DNA of 64,000 nucleotides from Stylophora pistillata (Eukaryota): NCBI RefSeq assembly GCF_002571385.2, contig NW_019218096.1, positions 200,717 to 264,716 of the forward strand, read 5' to 3'. Shown piece by piece: positions 50,474 to 64,000 of this stretch (position 1 is its first letter; each line of letters starts with the position of its first letter). The notes under the pieces were generated by a model. It saw only the letters and a program-made list of their open reading frames with translations, ran no database searches and was not told where the DNA came from. The position numbers and the translations under genes were made by a program.

Positions 50474-52410
50474 CGTGACGTGTTCCAGACTTAGTGAGAA
50501 TAAACACATCTCATTTTGTGTCACTGACTAGTGAGCAGTTTACTGTCTTTATTTTTTAAAAGACGGGCTAAAACTTCCATATTACAATAAGAAAAGATTC
50601 CAGATTCGAAAGGTCAGCTTTTTCGATTGCCTTTTGTTGAGGCTATTCCTCAACAAGGTTTTATGTTTTAGTCCGTTCCGTTTCTCGTTTTTTGTATGTC
50701 ATGTAGACCACAACCCTTCAGTTGTAACTTTACTCGCTATCCTTTTTCACACGTGATGAAGCGCTTCTAAAATTTTAGGAACGTAAAACTATTCCTTTTC
50801 TTTCGCTTACCGCCCTTCATCATGTGGTTTTAACGGCTTCCTGAGTCTCGTAATCTTTGGTGAAAAGGCGACCGGATCGTATTGTAAATATTGGCATTCT
50901 TCGCCGCCATTCAACTTGTTGGTCGAAACGCTGTTCTGTTATTATTCGGCATCTTCTCCGCTTTATGTGTCCGACCCGGACACTTTTCGTGAGAGTAAAA
51001 ATTAGTAATTCTAACAGCCTTGTGATAGAAGACTCTCCCGTAATGAGAAAATATGGGATGATCTCCCCTCTCTCCCAATCGAAGTCACTTTGACTTCCCT
51101 CCACCCACTCCACCCTCCCCCTTTTTTACTCCTAAATCCATTCGGCTCTCACCTGTCATAACCTCTTATCTGTTAATTTGGAAGAATGACGATCTCGTTC
51201 ATAATTAACGTTTCCTTCATTTGACATCAGGTTCTGTGAAATGTTAAAAGCGTGCAGCACGTTCTTTGAATCTGCCAAGGTTTGGGTAAGGCAAGTCAGA
51301 TGTCTCAATCACCGTTCCTTGATGATTTAGTTCTGCAGGGGTCATTCAGCACTGCCCATATATACCTTTAGTGCGTCTTCAATGAGGATTATAAACTAGC
51401 TGGTTTTATTTAGTGTTTTATTTAAGTGTCGACCAAGCTAGTTCTCTTCCGGGCAGGAAAATGAAAATGAAACGAGGTAATTTTCCCTTATTCAAAAACA
51501 TTTGGCTACTGTACTTAATATTGGTGATATCATTTCAAACACAAGCAACACTATTTCCCTCTCCTTGATTATTTTCGGTGGAGGTTATTTAGTCTCGTCC
51601 GTACAAAACTTAATCCACAAGGAATGATCTCATGTAAACTACTTCATTGTATTTATTAAAAGTGCCACCAAGGCTAGTTCTCAAGAACTGACCATAAAAT
51701 GTGACATGTTTTTGAACAAACTGCCAAAAAGCTAAGCACCCAGTAATACGAACAAAAGAGAACCAAACACTCTTACCTCATCCATAATGAATTATCACTA
51801 GGCTTATTCGTGATTTTACATACTAGCTATCTCATTTCCCCCAAACGTCTTTTTAAGACTCATATACCAAAGGGTGAGTAATTGTTTCTTTTATATTGCT
51901 TCTATTATAATTCGGTCAACTTTGCACTTCAACAATCGGAAATATATTTGACGTGTTTCATTTCCAGAGAATGACAAGAATGTTCCGTGATTATCGACCC
52001 CAAGTGAAGATATCGATAGGTTTTTTTTTTTGTTTGTTTGTTTCTTTTGTTTTTTGTTTTTGAGCATGTATGGCAATAAATTTTCTGTTATTTTTCTATT
52101 AATAAAAAAGAGCCTCTTAGAATGTATCACCATGGACATTACGTTTTTCCATCGAGAGCGGAACAAAAAGGAAAAGTGTTTGTGGGAAACTGAAATCAAA
52201 TAAGATGAGAATTTCATTCCAAGTTCACACAATTTTAGAACCTTTCCTCAAACCGATTCGTAGCTATAAGGTATAAATGTCCAGCTGTGCTTAATTTAGA
52301 TAGCTTAATTTGATGAAGCTTTCGTTTTTTCCTTTTATTGCCTGTTTTTGTTTTGTTCTTAATTTCCGTCCCAAAGAGAGGTTCTTCGCTTCACTGAGTT
52401 TTGTCATCCA

Positions 52411-55123
52411 ATGGCCAAGATTCCGGTAGTTTTCGTAATCATTTTGCTGTCACGAACCAAGGCTGCTGAAGTCATACTTGATATGGAGGGTAAGAATCTT
52501 TCCTCTCTTTACAATTTAACCTTTCTCATCCTTGTAATTGAAACGCCAGATTAAAAATTATCATTAACAAGAGTATGTAGATCTCTAAGGCCGGGAAAAA
52601 CAGGGAAGTTTAAACCTTTTTAAAGTTTAATTCAAGGTTGAAGACGCAAAAACTGCGGATGAGAGTATAAGTCAGAGTAAAAGCAAACCTACCAGCTGCG
52701 GAGTTCAAATAGTTACAGTTGCAAGTGTTAGCAGTTAATATAAGATTTTCATTGTGGCTACGACCCCCTATTGGAGACGAAGCCACTTACATATGTTGTC
52801 GAGATGAGTGGGTGAGTGAGTGAGTGAGTGAATGAGTGAGTGAGTTAGTGAATGTAACAACAGAATTCCGATTTTGACCCAATAGCCCATGATTTTCGAA
52901 TTGCCTTTGGCCTCTTTTTCAAAGCGATGCCTGGTGCTCATCCTTTCGTATGGTAATAAGTTTTCATTCACATACAAATTAAACTCATTTTCATACGTAT
53001 GGTTGCATTGAGCACCACGTCTCGTTTTGAAAAAGAGGCCAAACGTAATTAATTCGGAAATGGCCTCTTTTGACCCAGTGTTTCCTGGTGCCACAATTGT
53101 TTTTTCGGAGTCTCTTAGTGGTTCAACTCTTGACCTCAATACAGTTCTCTCCTTTTGTGATTTTATGCCTATAGCCACGAGCACAATATCTTTTCAGTAG
53201 TTCTTGCCATGACAGTCCGGAAGACAGCAGATGACAATAAGCATCTCACAATCATTTCAGGATTGCACGTGATTTTAAATAACAAAAGTTTTCCTTACAG
53301 AAATATCACCTTAAACACGAAGGCGCGCTATAAAACAAGAGGTGCCTCTGGACCATTTGTCCATCAACCGTCGTGTGATGTAGATCTCTAATAAGAGTCA
53401 AGTCAGCTTTAGCTTTAGCTAATCCAAAGCAGTGAACAGCGGGCGCATTCCTCAAAATTGTGTTATGTCTTCATCACGATACAAGAATTTTTGAGATTTG
53501 TATTTCCTTTCTCCAATGGAAACTGTCTTTATTTGTGGCGGTAAATTTGAAATCGAAGTAGGTGGCTCGCACGTTACATCATTGCCATCATGCTGGTGGA
53601 AGTAGACAATAGGTATCTCATTAGCTCCTTTTGTTCGTCTACCAGCATTTGTTCCTTTCACCCTTATTACCCCAGAGGCACCTAAGGCACCTCTCCTCTA
53701 ATAACGCGCCTTCGTCAGTGCTTAAGTTTGTAGGTTTGATCGGTGCATCATGAAACTGAAGGAAATTTTTTTCTTTGAAGAGAGATCTTTTTATTGTTTA
53801 AATCAGCAAATTATGTAAACCCGAAGATATAGTGATATCTTCAGTTGTTGCCGTTACAATACAAAAACGATAAAAATCTCAAAATAATTTCACACAGGCA
53901 TCTACCGACACGTAAATTAGTCGAAACTTTTTAGTGCAGAGATATCTCACTAGATGTGATTTGCATATCATGGAAGCTTGGGGAAATTTTTTTCTTTATG
54001 AGGAGAGCATTTTACCGATCAGTAAATCATCGACTTAAGCCGAAAGGAGCTACTAAATTTGCGAAGCGAGCAAGATGCAAAATGTGATAATGGCCGCGTC
54101 CATAAGCGTAAGTTTGGCAAATTTATGGTGGCAATAAAAATTTTCTAGTTACAACGAATTGCTTCTCCTTTCTGATAGTGCAATCTGGTTGCAAAATCAT
54201 GCAACAGTGAGCTGTGTCACGCAAGTTGTTTAAATGCCCTCTTCGATCTGTCTCATGCACCTTTAGGAATGGAAAATGCAACAAGGACCAATGTAAGCAG
54301 CTTCGAGAAGCGTGCTGGTTCTTCTTCTCGCCCCTTTAATTGTGGACAAGCCTCATACAGCACAGTGACCCTGTATGACTATGTCTACACACATAATTGT
54401 TTTCCAAGAGGTTGGGAATCATTTTTGCTAAATGCAGAAGTGAACGGAGCTATACGCAGAATTTCAGAGGGTCTTACGAGGGATTTACGCCGTGCCAACG
54501 TAGCTATAGAGCCCCCAATGACCAGCATTTTTAACGCCTTCAGCGTCGGCTACCAAGACATAAGAGTTATCATTTTAGGTCAGGATCCAACACCCCAGGA
54601 AAATCAAGCAACAGGCTTTGCCTTTAGCCTGAAGCCAGGTGTGGAGCCTGTTGAAGTTCCTAGTGTCCTCAACATGCTCGTGGAGCTGAAGTGGGAGGGA
54701 ATCGGTGTTGATCTGTCAAACGGGGACTTAACACCTTGGATTAGTCAAGGAGTCTTTCTTCTTAATTCAGCATTAACTGTCCTAAGAGGAACTGCAGGGT
54801 CACATCAAGGATTATGGAGGGAGTTCACAACATTGGTGATACAGTACATCAATCTTAAGGCATCATCGTCTGCATGGCTTCTTTGGGGAAAGGAAGCTGT
54901 CAGGCTTGCAGCCGGCCATATTGACAGAACCAATCATTTCATCAAGGCTGGTGGACACCCAAGCCCAGTGTCGTGCAAGGATTTCTTTGGAAGAAATTAT
55001 TTTATTTGTGCAAATCAATTCCTGAGTGCGAGAAATCGTCCTGTGGTCGATTGGCGGCTACCTACCAATCCGAGATCGAGGGCGACGATTCACGTGAATT
55101 GCGAATTTTCTGGATTGGACTAA
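52411..55123 (+). CDS. Family-1 uracil-DNA glycosylase-like protein with N-terminal signal peptide; exons 52411-52489 and 54267-55123
   Basis: UNG motifs GQDPTP, GFAFS, VPSVLNM, GVFLLNSALTV, LLWGK and HPSPVS. The upstream exon MAKIPVVFVIILLSRTKAAEVILDMEG ends G|gtaaga (phase 1) and joins ctttag|GA in frame. Confidence 0.85.
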
Positions 55124-55747
55124 CCCTAACCCACAACACTACTACCAGTTTTTTTTTCCTTTCTGAAATTATCATAATTTCATACACCATAATGTTGATG
55201 GTAATAAAATAATTATCGTTCAAACTGAAGATTTTGAGCACTCTTCCTTGATTCGAGTCAAGGTCAGTATTTGAGCAACTGCCTACCAGGTTAATGCAAA
55301 TCAATTCATGACCAGTAATTGTCTTTTCCATTGTTTTAAGCCGGAGAGAAAAAGTCTCTTAAGTGAAGAACCTTGAGAAATGATAAAAAAAAAAAAAATT
55401 TTCAAATGAAGACTCCTCTCTCTCTCTCTCTCCACCCCTACCCCCTGCCCTTTTGCTTACACTGTGAGAGAACTGGGAGAAAATGTTGAGCCGCAAGTTA
55501 TTACGGTCATCGGTTTAGCTTGTGGTTACTATAGTCAACAAATATGGCGGACTGTCTCCACCGAACGGTTTCGAACTTTTCCACTTTGCTTCCTTACTGA
55601 TATTAAAAAGGTAAGAGATCATTGGAGTTTGGTTATTTCCTTCCATCTTCTTTATTGTAATCCAGCCTTGATAAATATAAAAATTTTACGCATACTTCAC
55701 AAATAATTTTGATTGAAGAGCGGCCATACATATTTCCAATTTTCAGG

Positions 55748-63966
<8,219 letters not shown>

Positions 63967-64000
63967 GTAAGAAATCCAATTGTTTAGTCGAATTTGATTA

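Noticed and set aside
54269-55123. UDG as part of the Polinton/viral remnant or as bacterial contamination
   Set aside because: It is ~25 kb from the Polinton pieces, intact, flanked by spliced host genes, and has an in-frame GT-AG intron.

Overview
Eukaryotic (animal) genomic DNA: AT-rich, spliceosomal introns, dense in repeats. The repeat and gene types suggest a cnidarian, probably a stony coral (inference). The left 45 kb holds a cluster of four apolipoprotein-L (ApoL)-like pore-former loci: two apparently intact, one frameshifted and one C-terminal exon or fragment. They are interleaved with a ~2.6-kb non-coding segmental duplication and deeply nested mobile elements: a Kolobok-type element inside a Helentron-like element, a Gypsy 5' part, a shredded Polinton/Maverick (pPolB, integrase-chromodomain) interrupted by a near full-length BEL/Pao LTR element and a Sola3-like long-TIR element, and an ISL2EU-type element inside a tRNA-SINE. 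The right part holds a 3-exon secreted PAN/apple + lectin-like gene, a 2-exon family-1 uracil-DNA-glycosylase-like gene, and ARMH1 (with a U12 intron and an intronic Penelope element carrying hammerhead ribozymes). The most notable observation is that the UDG-like gene gains an in-frame signal-peptide exon and a KR propeptide site, and has Thr in place of the Tyr that normally excludes thymine. It is a candidate secreted DNA-depyrimidinating enzyme (toxin, digestive or immune effector).
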